A stretch of DNA of 64,000 nt. It comes from Harriotta raleighana. Lineage: Eukaryota. The position numbers were made by a program, and so were the translations under genes. The notes beneath the pieces are model-generated. The model had not been told where the DNA came from, searched no databases, and was given only the letters and a program-made list of their open reading frames with translations. The DNA is taken from positions 3,113,230 to 3,177,229 of the forward strand of contig JBNZDD010013626.1 of NCBI GenBank assembly GCA_050575255.1. Reading direction: 5' to 3'. Below are positions 12,389 to 25,655 of this stretch, piece after piece; the stretch's first letter is position 1, and each line of letters opens with the position of its first letter.

Positions 12389-13014
12389 ATTGCCCATAAT
12401 TTAATGTTAATTCGCACCAAGGTGTCAGTGTTATTCACAGGGATCACAGCAGTGAGTGAGTGGCTGACGTGCAGAGTGAGAACGAAAGCCACACAGGTGC
12501 TGCAGGGGTGATCGGCGAAGGTCAGGCTTGTTGAACCAGAGAAGAAGAAGAAGCTTCATTTGGAATCTGAGCCAGGCACCTGCCCTTCATTGCTTAACGC
12601 TGCCACTGTGATCACAATGTGGGAAAAGTACCATCTCCCCACACCAGCCTGCCAGGTTCCTATCAGATTCTCAATCAAAATGCGTTGTGGATCCCGGCGG
12701 GCGAAACTGTCTCTGCTTCCAGACGCCGTTCCCTCCATTCTCTGGAGCTCTCGCCCTAAATCCTAACACCTCGCACCCTCCTTTCAAAACCCTTCTGAAA
12801 AACTATTGCTTTCAGCCCTCATACCCTCCTCCCATCTCCCACCCTACTCTGCTCAAACTCCCACTCCACTTCTGGTTCTGTTACCTGAAAGGTGATTAAT
12901 CAAAGCTGGTTTCGTTGTTGATGCTGGTAGGAGTTTGGGTCGAGAGAAAAGTGAAATCAAGTAAAATAAATACTGAGGCGGGTGTCAATCTGGCTCAGTT
13001 GGTAGTACTGTTGA
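12389..13014 (+). repeat. Third copy of 1029-1654 (and of about 6719-7342)
   Basis: Bounded by single Ns at 12388 and 13015. Confidence 0.95.
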
Positions 13015-13402
13015 NGTGTTTCACAAATAGTCGTGAATTGAGTGCCATATTTTTTTACACGCTATATTTACACTATAATAAAAGGCGCTACACACAGTAA
13101 ACTCACGACAACTTGACTGACTCTGACTTAACTTGTCATGACCACTTAAATTATCATTGCTATCAATATTCTGGTCACTTTTATTTCTGTATTTATACAA
13201 CACGATTACACTTGTACAGAGCCTTTCACATCCTGTGAACAGTCATTGTTTCAGACCCGAGCTGAAGATGTGATGGGAGGGAAGGGGGGATTAGGAGTTG
13301 CCGATGGGACCATCGAAGAGGAGAGTCTTGAAGGAAGCCAGGGAGACTCGGCAATGAACTCTTTTCTTTTGAAGTGATGAGTTGTCGGAAGGTGACTGGA
13401 TT

Positions 13403-13822
13403 ACTGTAGCTCAGTAGTTAGAGCACTTGATTTCCAAGCGAGGGATCTGGGTTCGATTCCAGGCATGGCGAAACCTTTGGCAAGTTTCTTTACTTCACAC
13501 GCCTGATAATAATGTCTCAAAAAAAATAATCCAAAAAAATAAAATAAAATTATAATTTTATTATAACACACAATAATAAAATTGGTCATTTCAATCCACG
13601 ACTATTTGTGGGGCACTGTTGCGCGCAATAGCAAATAGCTGCTGCCCACAAATATACAGTCAATTAAAAATTCACCTTTACGGTATATTCTGTGAACTCT
13701 TTGAGAACAACAACAAAATTACACTTGTGTCGCGCCTTTCACTTCAGGAGTGCTCCCCCAGGTGCTGGGAGAAGTCTAGAAGATGTGATAAGCACTTTAT
13801 CAAATGCAAGGATTATTATTAT
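13403..13822 (+). mobile_element. tRNA-derived SINE with a nested antisense L2 tail (13708-13768)
   Basis: A/B boxes, family body and tail, interrupted by about 60 bp of L2 3' end flanked by GAGAA direct repeats. Confidence 0.88.
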
Positions 13823-16800
13823 CATCACTACATATTATTGTTTATTACAATCGAGGTTTTTGTTGTTGTTAGAATTGAAACTACAGAACTTAGCGGTGTG
13901 TGTGTTACCAGCACAGAAATTGCAGATGGAAAAGTGGGACTGAGTGATAGGGAGTCAGTTGAGGTAGTGACTGATAGGACGCAGCATATGAGAAACTCCG
14001 AGTGCCAGGACACTGGTGGCATAATGGGGTTAGTAACACAATGGATGCACTTCATGCAGAAAGGGCACGTCTAATTGGGATATTCAGTGTAAATTTGATT
14101 TATTGTCCATTGTTAAACGATTTGCCTGACATTCTTCTGGGCTCTCAATAACCATTAGTCATCCCATTATAAAAGAAGGGCCCGGCAAGTGAACTGGGGG
14201 TTAATGACATTAATCACACTGCTTCGGAGATCTGCCCAGCGAACTTTGCAGTGGGTGAATGAAGTTCTGTGAATGTGTATCCGGCTTGCTCCGCGCAAGG
14301 CTGATCTTTGTGATGGTGTAAATATTGTCATGCTAATGTGGAAAAATGAGTTTGGAGTGTTTTGTTATAGGACTGAGTGGCTCATAAAAAAAAGCATTTC
14401 CCCCCTCCCATCCCGACCAACACACACACACACAAATTAAGTTGTCATCTTCTGTGTCCAGCTAATGATTGGCCTTGTTCAGCCACATTTTCGAGAAGCA
14501 CTGCAAGTTTTCAGGACTAATAATCCTAATATTTATTGCATCTGAGCTTTGTTTTCTTCTGATGGTTTTCTCACTGTTTGCAGGGCACCGCAGATGACAG
14601 TAAAGCCAGCCTGGCTCATCGGCAGGACTTGGAGATACAGACTCGTCACCGAGGGCAGGGAATCTTCCCATAGAGCTACTGTTTACCCCACAAGCCAACG
14701 CTGTAACAGGTAGAGGTAGGGTGATCCTAGCTGAACAAGGAGCGGGAAAGCTTGCCAAAAAAAATGATTTATCTAGAGCTCAACAACATACTGTACTGAG
14801 AGATTTACAGCTCGGCGTGTTCTTGAATTGAAAGAGTAACAATCTTACACCTTGCTAGACACATCCAGGTCTTGCAGACACTGGAAAGAGTTGCCTGGTA
14901 CAGAAAGAAAACTCTGTACGCCTTAATGAAGGATGCCATGTGTGCAGTATGAGGAGAGTGGAGGAGAGATGCAGACAGCACGGGAACCAAACAGGCAAAT
15001 CGCCTACTGCTCTCGCACAAAAGGGAAATGGAAAATTTACAGCGAAAACACAATCAAACCTGCCGGGCAACTAAATACACCTGGAACAATGAGTCCGTGA
15101 GGGCTGACGGGCACTGCGCTGGCGCTTTGGGCCAAGGGCTGCATTCCTGGAATGTTTATGTGTGACTTGATGCATTTCGCTCCGCGTTCGTTCAGCGAGG
15201 AACAATGTACTCGGTGATTTGTGGCAGGGTGATTATCTCAAGATGAGGTAACTGCAATTGTTCCGGCCATCCTTTGAACCAATGCATCACGTAACAGGAC
15301 AAAGGCAAGCATTGGAACCAGAGGTAAAAATGAGCTCTGGACATCCCAGGTGCAAGCAGTTCGAGGCACAATCTGATGCTCTTTGTCCGTACCCACTCCA
15401 CCCCCAACCCCCAACCCCCCACCCCCCCCAACCCCCACCCCGACCAGCCCCAGTCCCCATTTGTTTCTCCTTTACTCCATCCCACAGACCCACTGCCTCG
15501 TCCATTCCCTGACCTCCTTCAAGTCAAGGAGGAGTCTCCATTCAGACACTGGCCTGATATAATATAAGAATCTGCCTGACATAATATAAGACCACAATAA
15601 TCTTTTTACAGTATTAACACAGCGTCTTTATCACATCATCGAGATCCCTCAAAGCGCTTCACATGATTTTTTGTTACTGTGATGTGTAGTGACTGTTGTA
15701 CCTGTCCATCTACACACAGCAATGTCCGCAGAAACAGCCGTGAAATGAAAGACCTATTTTATTTGGGGGGTGGATTGTTGGCCAGGGCACCGGGAGAAAC
15801 TCCCTTCAAACTGAGCACAGAGTCAGTCTCTTACTCGTAAAGATAGCTGTCAAAAGCAGTTGTCAGAAGTCTCCCTCAGCCGCTAAACACTCCTTGGAGC
15901 CAAGCAGAGGAGTTTATCAGCACTCGTTATCAGAAACTATGCGTTCATACTGAAGAATATAGAAGGTTAACCCACTGAACTATTCCCATCCTTTGATGAG
16001 ATTAGCTGTTGACAAGAGCATTATAATGGGAGTGGGGAGTATACACCTCCATGTTGATAGTGGAATCTCTCATCTGATTTACTCTGTCACTATAGAATGA
16101 CAGGACCTTGCTGCTATAAAGGAACAACCAGGTAAAGAGAGAGAATCTCTAGAGGATTTCATTAAGATAACATCTCAGACCAACAGCTGCCGTTTAGTTA
16201 GGAGTGCGAGGACAAAGGCTTGGAGTTAAGTCGATGTTGTACTTTTAACTAGTTTTACGCAGTTTTTAAATCAATTTATTTCCCTCGGGGGCTCAGACAG
16301 GAGGAACACAGTGTATGTTGGTACAGCTAACTGTGTTCCACGGACTGATTTTCGCCTCTGTGTTCGTTGCAGCCCAAGTCTTGACATTGGCTTCGTCTAA
16401 TCTCCTCGTGGACTTCAAAGCCATGGCGTTATTTGTCCCAAACGTTTGGTATGGCAATGCTTTCCCTTTTGACCCATTCCCATCACCAAAGGATCTTTGT
16501 TGCCCTGATTGGGTCTCAGGCTGAATGGCACCAGAGCTCCATTAGCATACAATGGGCTGGTCCGGGAATCTCGAATCAATAAGAGACAATACCAAACAGA
16601 TCCTCTTTACCTTTCCCCCAATCAACGTCTCAACAACCCGTTCTCCTTCACATTTGTTCTCTCAGCGCAAACCTCTCTGGGCTAACCTCTCCGCCATCAG
16701 GCGCCAAAACTGAGCCATTTTATCTCTCGGTGATGGCACTTTGGGGTTGATTGTTTCCCTGGAGATATTTTTTAAACAACGCTAAAGGCTGAAGCAACAG

Positions 16801-16879
16801 CTGCAGCAGTAACAGTGAATTATTGCATATATGGCCTAACGACAATGTTGAGGCACCTCTAAGCGCTTCACGGGATATA

Positions 16880-17155
16880 CTGTGTTCGAATCCAGGCAGA
16901 TCAGGGCAAAACCTTGGACAAGTTTCCTTACTCCACATTGCCTAATAATAATCAATCAAAAAAAAACAATAATAAAATTGGTCATTTCAATCCAATGACT
17001 GTTTGTGGGGGACACTGCTGTGCGCAATTGGCTGCGTGTTTCGCCCACAAATATGCAGTCAATTCACTTTGCAGTATATTCTGTGAAGCACTTTGAGACG
17101 TTGATAAGATGTGAAAAGCGCTATATTAAAATGCAAGAATTATTAATTATTATTA
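16880..17155 (+). mobile_element. tRNA-derived SINE, 5'-truncated
   Basis: Starts at the B box gttcgaatcc and has the family body and tail. Confidence 0.88.
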
Positions 17156-17399
17156 GTGTTACTGAAAAGTGGATTGTCTTATGTATTTTGTGGGCAAAGT
17201 GCAGCAGCCAGTTATGCACAGAAGTGTCCCACAAAGAGCTATGGAGTGAGTAGCCCATTTTATTTGAGGGACTGTTTGCTGAGACACTGGGAGAGAGAAA
17301 CTCCCTTCTGTTTGCGAATAATGTCAAGGGATCTTTAACATCCATCCAACCTGAGGCAGATGGGGCCTCAGTTTCAACATCTTGTCCCAAGAATGGTAC

Positions 17400-17670
17400 C
17401 TAATAATAGAATAATAAAAATCCTTGCATTTGATATAGCGCTTTTCACATCCTCTAGACATATCTCCAAGTGCTTCACAGAATATATTGTAAAGTGAATT
17501 CACCATAAATTTCTGGGCGAAACCCTGCAGCCAATTGCGCACAGCAATGCCCCTCAAACTGTTGTGGATTGAAATGCCCAATTTATTATTGTTTCTTTTT
17601 CTTGAGGGATTATTATCAAGTCCATGGAATAAAGAAATTTGCCCAAGGAGTCAATCCCAGGTCTCTTTGC
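17400..17670 (-). mobile_element. tRNA-derived SINE, degenerate
   Basis: Reverse complement of the family tail (atccttgcatttgatatagcgcttttcaca) and body. Confidence 0.85.
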
Positions 17671-20600
17671 TTGTGAGGCGAAGTTTTGATGTGAAAAGCG
17701 CTGCGTGAAATGTAAGGGTACAAACACACTGTGTTGTTATCACTCTAAGGTCGTGGGAGTAGGAGGAAGTGCTGTGAATTTGCGGTGGTGAATTACTCAC
17801 AGAATCAATGATCTCATGGGGAAAGGAAGTGCCACCAAGCTCAGACCTGGACCAGAGACCCGGACTCAAGCAAAGTGACTCAGCTAGACTCGTGTAAATT
17901 GTACCATAGAAATGAGTGACTCTTATTTGATTGCAGGTCAGCCCGAAAGCTCGGCAGTGCCATCAATCCACTGTACAAGGAAACATTCCTCCTCTGTGTG
18001 CAGCAAACACCCTCCCTGTGTGTTAACACCTGTTTAACAGTGTTTCACTTTCATCTCGGGAGTCAAAGGCAGGTCATCGCCTCTTCTCATTGTCCTTTGG
18101 CGGGGCTCTGCTATCAGCTACAAGTGACAGAGATCTTAAACTAATAAAAAGTATCACTCGGCAGGTACTCGCACAAAGTACACACCTGATACAGTGCTAA
18201 GGCACCTTGATCCTTTCTCCCCAGATTCTTGGAAGTCTGAAGCAAGCAAACGTCGCAATCTAAACAAGTCCTGCGTTGATAGAGCTGTGTGTTNNNNNNN
18301 NNNNNNNNNNNNNNNNNNNNNNNNNNNNNNNNNNNNNNNNNNNNNNNNNNNNNNNNNNNNNNNNNNNNNNNNNNNNNNNNNNNNNNNNNNNNNNNNNNNN
18401 NNNNNNNNNNNNNNNNNNNNNNNNNNNNNNNNNNNNGGAGGCTGAGTGGGTGTGCGGGGGGTAGCTTATCAAGCTGGGTCCACCTTAACGGAGTGCCACC
18501 ATTTCAGGGAGACCAATCCTTTCTTTGTTCCTAATGTGCAAAGCTCTCTCTGGGGACAGGGCGGATGTTTGGAACGAAGCCAGGTTTACAGCTGCGGTCG
18601 GAACAAGGCCTTGACTTGCCTCGAGATGATGGCTGGCTGCCCAGTTGGAAGAAAACACCCCAAGCAACACACTAATAATACTGCACTTCCAGGTCACATT
18701 TTTTTCTCAGACCACCTTTGACTAGATATTCGATGGCAACTCAACCTGGATTATGTATGGTAGCTTTTCCCTGGACTACATCCAACTTCAATTAACAAGT
18801 CAGATCCAGGAGGAGAGGCTATGCCAGTTGACTTGACAAAAGAGAGACAGAGGGACAGTATGAAACAACTATATCATGGGCAGATAATGCATGAAGCAGA
18901 CTCCGAATGCTGTTCAGAAAACAGCAAGCCTTGAGGTCCCAAATGGCAAGGCCCAAGTATTGCTAGTCCTCAATGCTCCAGAAACCCCTCAGTCATCATA
19001 CACTTCCACGCCAGGGACAGCAGCAACTTGCATTTATAAACGCCCTTCAATGACAGTATCTCGCCACCAACCACCGACATCAATTTCTTGAGGCGTTGTC
19101 TCGCTGGTTACACCTTGTTGCTCCGGGACACTAACCCACGTGGAGGGCGCTCTACAAGTGCAAGTTGTTGTTTGTTGTTGTGGTTGTTATTGTTAATGTT
19201 GTTCGGCCGCCTGAATTCACGAAAGGGAAAAAGGATCACAAAGCAGAATAAAACCCGACGTGTTCCTCAGCATTATGCGCAATCTGTCTGGCCTGAGCCC
19301 AAGGAACGTCTGAATCTTTTGACTGGTCGATAGATGCCAGTTTGAGGCAGAAACTTCCAGCTTGAGGTCGTTCCAATTGGCCTGGTCTTTCAACCGAGCC
19401 CTGTTCTTGGAATTTCTTTGAGGTTATCAACAAAGGACCGTTTGGTTTGAGACCAAAGTGGTGTTCAGCCATGGCAACTGGCGCTTTGTAGAATGGAATC
19501 ATAGAATCCTACAGCAACAACAACTTGCGTTTGTGTAGCAGCCGCCCTCCACGCCGGGCGGCGTCTCGGAGCGCTTTCCAACGGCAGAGCCCAAAGCCGA
19601 GCCAGGGAGAAGGGCGAAGGTGGCTGGAAACGTGGTCGAAGTGAAAGGTCTTCGAGTGCGACCTAAAGGTGGGAAAGGAAGTGGGGGCAAGACGAAGGAG
19701 TTGAGGGAGGGAGATCCGACAGCACAGAGGGAGGCCATTCGATCCATCGTGCCTTTGCTGGGTCTTTGAAAGAGCTGTCCAATTAGTTCTACTCCCCCGA
19801 TCTTTCCCTGTAAGCTTGCACATTTTTCATTTTCAAGTATATATTCAATTCCCTTTTGAAAGTTATTACTGAATCTTCTTATTATTGCTTTGTTGGATGA
19901 TTTTAGCAGTGAGGAGGAATGAAGGAGCAATTTGATGGAACATGAAAAACAGAAAGGAACAACCCAAAGAAAGATACATTGGGATCCGTCCATAAGGATT
20001 TATTCAAACCCACTTTCTTTGTTGCTAAGATTCGTCATTTTAACTGGATCCATAATATTTTCTTGATACTGTATTATGGAGCACTCCTACTTCAGAAGAT
20101 TGTGGGTTTGAGATTTTCAACTCACAGTCCAGGCTGACACTTCAGTGCAGTTAACACTGCCACGTTACATATGAATGGATGTTACATTTCTCAATATATT
20201 TGAGCATCACTAAAATGCTTACTTTTTGCAGTAGGTTAATATTTTATTAATAGATTTCCTGATTTTCTCTAGTTCCTTATTTTTCACATTGTAATCACTT
20301 GGAATATTCACGTCAATAAAACTACATGGACAATCTATTTGATTCTTCATGATATATCAGGTCTGTTGTTATTATTATTATTATTATGTCAAGACAGGGT
20401 TAAAGGGCTAATGCTGAACAAGGTTGCTAAAACACAGAGAAGCAGACAGAGCAGCTGAGCATGGGGCAGTGAGAGACAAGCCACTGCAAGAATTCATCGA
20501 ACCATTCCAGTTCAGCTCAAGCAAACAGTTCTGTGTGATCTCATTGTTCAGACAGAGAGATAATCTAGCTTTACCAGCTCCATTATGAAGACACTGAACG

Positions 20601-20706
20601 TGCAAATAAAATAAAGTTTACGTAAGGTGAACCGCAATCAAAGAATTAAGCCGAGGGGCATGGAGGGGTGTGGTGGGGGAGGGGAGGGGATTTTATGTGT
20701 TGCTTT

Positions 20707-21013
20707 ACTGTAGCTCAGTTGTTAGAGCTGCCTTACAAGCATGAGACCTGTGTTCAAATCCAAGCAGATCAGGGCGAAATCTTGGGTAAGTTTCCTTACT
20801 CCACATGCCTAATAATAATCCGTCAAAAAAACCCACAATAATAAAAATGAGTAATTTCAATCAAGGCTGTTTGAGGGACACGGCTGTGCGCAATTGGCTG
20901 CCGCATTTCGCCCACAAATATGCAGTCAATTCACTTTACAGTACATTCTGTGAGGTGCTTTAAGACGTCGATAAGATGTGGAAAGCACTATATCAAATGC
21001 AAGGATTATTATT
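20707..21013 (+). mobile_element. tRNA-derived SINE, full length
   Basis: ctgtagctcagttgttagagc...gttcaaatcc...aaatgcaaggattattatt. Confidence 0.9.
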
Positions 21014-24000
21014 CTTACTGATTCATTCAACTGAAGCTGGACATACATTGCTATGTGTTATTGCAAAGGCTGGTGAACACCCCTTCCTAACATTAAACCT
21101 CTTAAGAGGATAAAGTCCTTATTCTTGTACAAAATGGCCTAGGCGACTCACAGAGCAAAATTGTGTGCATGTTGCTGGTAGTAAGCACTATAAATGCATG
21201 TTGCTGTTGCTGTTTCTGTTGTTGCTGCTGTTGCTGAAATGTCCCAGACGCTAAATTGGGCAATTGGGTATTCCGGGCAGATTGCAAACAAAGCGGATTT
21301 CAGGAAGTCAACAACATCAACAGCAACAACAACAACAACGACGACGACAGCTCCAAAGTCACCAAAAGCTCTCCAGGAAATGAATGTGTCCTCCCCATCC
21401 ACTCACCCCACCTCCACACACCCCACCTCCACACACACACACACATTCCCCACACATTTGCTGACTGACAGGTGAGAAAGATATGACAATGTCAGTTCTG
21501 CACCACTGGGGGGAGCAACAGAGGCAAATTCCAGTAAAGCCCAAGACTAAAATCACCCGCTGAGTATCTTCTGTTGTTGAAAGGACGTCTCGTACATTGA
21601 AGGAGGTGTGTGACTGAAGCTTTCTAATCGAAGGAATGATTTGCTTCATGTCTGTTTGCGGGGACATTGCTGTCAAATTGGTTGCCGCATTCGCCTGCAA
21701 ACTACACAGTCACTACACATTTCCGGAATTTCTGAGAGTTGTCCCTGTTAAGGTGAAAGGTGTAATATAAACAACAACAACAAAATGACACTTGTACAGC
21801 GCCTTTCACATCAGGAGGACGTCCCAAGGTGCTGAAAATAATTGTTGTCATTATCATCATGGCAAACATGTTTATGATTAATATTTACCAGCAGCATAAC
21901 TATACTACAAATCACAATCTCTCTTCATATATTTTTCTTAAAAAGGTATTAATCTGTTCAATTTTAATGTATAAATATATGAATTTGTTTTGACAGAAAT
22001 GGACAAAAGTGCATTAACATTGCACGAACTAATTCCTGGCGGAGTTAGCAATAGATTTTGTACTTTTTTCACTGGCCAGCAAAGAGGAGCTAATAATTGC
22101 ATTTGATACAGTGTCTTATCACATCATCAAGACATCTCCAAGCACTTCACAGGATAGATTGTAAAGTAGATTGGCTGTATTTTATGGGTGAAATAAAATA
22201 GATATAAAATAAGGAATTAATCAAAATGCGTAGCTGATTTTTCACACCCTCTCTCCCATGTGTGGCTTTGAATACTGGCATGAAACCATTAGGAAAACAG
22301 ACTGGCCCAGTGTTGTCAACACAGTTTTCATGCAAATCTAGTTATTAATTAAAGAAAGTCCAAAACTGTCTTACACTATCAGAGGTGACTGACTTGCATC
22401 GCACAGCAGGTTAACTGATAAAGAAGCAGCGGGTGTTTGAATAAGCTTTGAATGCCATATTATTTGCACTTTGACTGTTTGCTGAAGAACCTCAGTTGCC
22501 AAAATGACAGGAATTTCATGCTCTCTCTCTCTTTCTGGAAAGTTGATGTTTTCTAGCAGAATAATGAATATATATATATTTTTAAAAACTTAACTCCTGT
22601 AAGAATTTCAGCCGCTTCCGCGTAAGAATTTAACGTGATTTGGGATGGAAACACATTAGAGGTAAAGTGCTAATTAGCACCTGTGATGATATGGCTCATT
22701 GTTCATGCGTTAGAGGTGAAGCAGGGAAGAAGTAGGCAAGTAGGTAGAGAATAGAAGGAGCATATATCCTAAAATCACAAGGTTGGTTTGGATTAAGTTA
22801 ATAATAATAACAATAATAATATTAATAAATAATTCCTTTGGCCCATCTCATCCCTCCCCACTGTCCCATCCTACCATCGCAGCATTGAACCCCTTTTTAA
22901 CTGAATCCCAGGGACCTGGCCTCAACGATGCTTTCCTGGCAATAATATGTCAAGTGGTGGTGAATCCGTCTGAATGTTGGCACATCTCTGGTTTCCTCGT
23001 TGCTAATATAGCCAATCCCTTCTCCGCTCAGTGGCCTGCTTCACGTCCCCCGCCCAATCTAGCACACCCTCTGTGGGCGAACTTTCAACCATTCTGCCCT
23101 TGTAAGCCTCTGTAAGACTCCATCCCAGTGTCCCCTCCAGCTTGTCTGCCGCCTTCCCTCTCTCCCCACTTTTAAAGCCCGCCTTGACACCTAGCTCTTC
23201 GACCTCGCTTTCTGTCACCTTTGCTTTCCCAGATCAGTCGTGTGATGTGCTTTGTGGCGTCCTCCCCACCATGAAAAACACAAGAGAAATGTAAATCGCT
23301 ACTTTTAACTTGTTTAATCTAAACTGATACAGGGCTGTGTTGCATTGTTGGACATGCTGCCTTTTGGATGAGACATTAAACCAATACATTATTTCCCTTC
23401 ACCTCGCCCCCTCTTTTCCCAGCTTCACCTCGCCCCCTCTTCGACCGCACCTTTGGTCACCTTTCTACCCCTGCCCCTGGCTCGGTCCCGGGATCCGCTA
23501 TTGTGAAGCGCTCTGAGACGCTATTCACAAAGAGAAAGGAGTTTCTCTCTGGGATGTCCTGGCCAATAAATGCCCCAATTTTTTTTAAATGGTCATTCAC
23601 TATGTGGCTGTTTGGGGGACGCAGTAAAACATTGTGGGACATCAGGTGCTAAAGAGCTCTCCTCAGCCAGTGGCGTAACTGGCCGGTCCCTAAGCTGGTA
23701 AACAAGGGCTCCATCCATGTGTTTGGATGTGCATGGGCAAAGCATTGCCAAGCCTCCCACTCTATAGTGATGCTGAGCGGGCACCATAACCTTGGTTTCC
23801 TGTTTGCTTGGCTGCCTCTGTGCTAGTGATGCTACTGTACACCAACAACAAAGCACAGGTTTCTATATAAAATGGATTGCTTAATCATAGTACACCCCTT
23901 GCTTTTTACTGAGGATCTGGCCTGGGTTTCTTCCTCAGTGCGAGCTCCCTGCTCTCAACGGAGAAATGGAACAAAGCCGATTCGAGCCCAACCTCTTGCA

Positions 24001-24968
24001 ACAGGGAATCATCCAGGTTCATTCATATTCTTTCATTCATTCTACCACACAAAGGAGCCTGTTGTAAGCATGCAAGCCGCATTTGTAAGGGGGGTGGGGG
24101 AGGGAAGAGGGAGGGAGAAAAATAAACATCTTCTTTAAAAAATGTCCTGAAACAACTTGTCCCAGAACCATTCTCTAGGTGTGTCCAAAGTGTAAAAGAA
24201 AGGCTCCAGTACAACAAATTCTTCAAATGCCATTGATGTGATCAGTCATATAAACACTTTGTGGAAGTAGAAAATAGTTTTGCCACCTATTTCATTCCAA
24301 CCCAAAATAGTTTTAACCCGCATAGTGCCATGGGATCCTTAAACAGACACAAACAGAAAGTTAGTTTAATATCCGCTCCGAAAGATGACACCTTCGACAA
24401 TGCAGTGGTCCATCCAACCCTGTCAAAGTAGATGTTACGAGATAAAAGTCCCGAGTTGGTGCTTGAACCCAGAACCCTCTAACTCAGAGGGGAGAGCGCT
24501 AATGACTGAGCCAGGCTGACATTTGAGGGACCCAGGGAACAGCATTTCACTCTCTAAACTGATCTTCCTCACCCTGACAACCATAAAACCACACTAACTC
24601 TTTCACACAGTAGGTAATCTGGACTCTTTCAAGAACAGCTTGAGGCTGTGATGGGAAGACGGAAGAGCGTGTATTCTGGAAGGAGGAGCACAAATGGCTG
24701 AAGGGCTTCCTTCTTCCAAACCTCTCTTGTGACCCTGACATAACCTCTGAGACTCCCTCCCTTTACAAAGCCCACCATCTCCACTTTCTGTCTATCTTAA
24801 AATCCTGCCTCCTGAAACCCACCTATAATCACCTCTGCCTCCTCTCTACCTCTGCGGCCAACCCAGCCCCTGTAAAAACAGTCCGAGACCTCACCTTACG
24901 AGAAGGCCTGAGATAAAAATGCAAGTTGTTGTTGTAAAACAGTGTATTTAACACAAGCTGTTTCACTG

Positions 24969-25655
24969 CGTTTCGATCAGGCATCTTCATGGCGCTGAAC
25001 CATTGTCTATACATGATCACCACTCCTGCCTTTGCTTATATATAATAATAATCCTTGCATTTGATATAGCGCTTTTCACATCTTATCAACGTCCCAAAGC
25101 GCTTCACAGAATATACTGTAAAGTGAATTGACTGTATATTTGTGGGCGGAACGCGGCAGCCAATTGCGCACAGCAGCGTCCCCCACAAACAGTCGTGGAT
25201 TGAAATGATCAATTTTATTATTGTAGTTTTTTTGGAGGGATTATTATTAGGCGTGTGTGTGGAGTAAGGAAACTTGCCCAAGGTTTCGCCCTGATCTGCC
25301 TGGATTCGAACACAGATCTCATGCTTGTAAGGCATGTAAGGCGAATACTCTAACCACTGAGCCACAGGAGCTCTTGTATTATGAATCAAAATACAAAGCC
25401 AATGAATGGGTAGAGGAATTGAAACATCATATCCTGCTTCTATCTAAGCTACAATCTGTGCTCTTTGGAATCCACTCCCACTGATACGTAAACTCAAGTT
25501 GCTGTTCGAATTTCCCTTACTTTCTCCCTTTTCTTTAGGATTGGGTAAGCGCTATATCAAATGCAAGGATTATTATTATTATATATAAGCAAAGGCAGGA
25601 GTGGTGATCATGTATAGACAATGGTTCAGCGCCATGAAGATGCCTGATCGAAACG
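24969..25655. repeat. Inverted duplication of about 106 bp (24969-25074 vs 25547-25655)
   Basis: The arms are reverse complements apart from one extra TAT unit. Confidence 0.95.
25036..25373 (-). mobile_element. tRNA-derived SINE, full length
   Basis: Reverse complement has A box, B box gttcgaatcc, body and (TTA)n tail. Confidence 0.92.

Noticed and set aside
21195-21350. Hairpin between (TTG/CTG)n and (CAA/CAG)n tracts
   Set aside because: The pairing is between low-complexity microsatellites, which are common here as L2 tails.
23668-23837. Possible hAT MITE (cagtggcgtaac...gtgatgctactg)
   Set aside because: The terminal match is degenerate, there is no 8-bp target-site duplication, and no second copy occurs in the window.
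25036-25389. Recurrent small ORFs ending ...KRYIKCKDYYY, suggesting a peptide family
   Set aside because: These are incidental translations of SINE copies, with inconsistent frames and starts.
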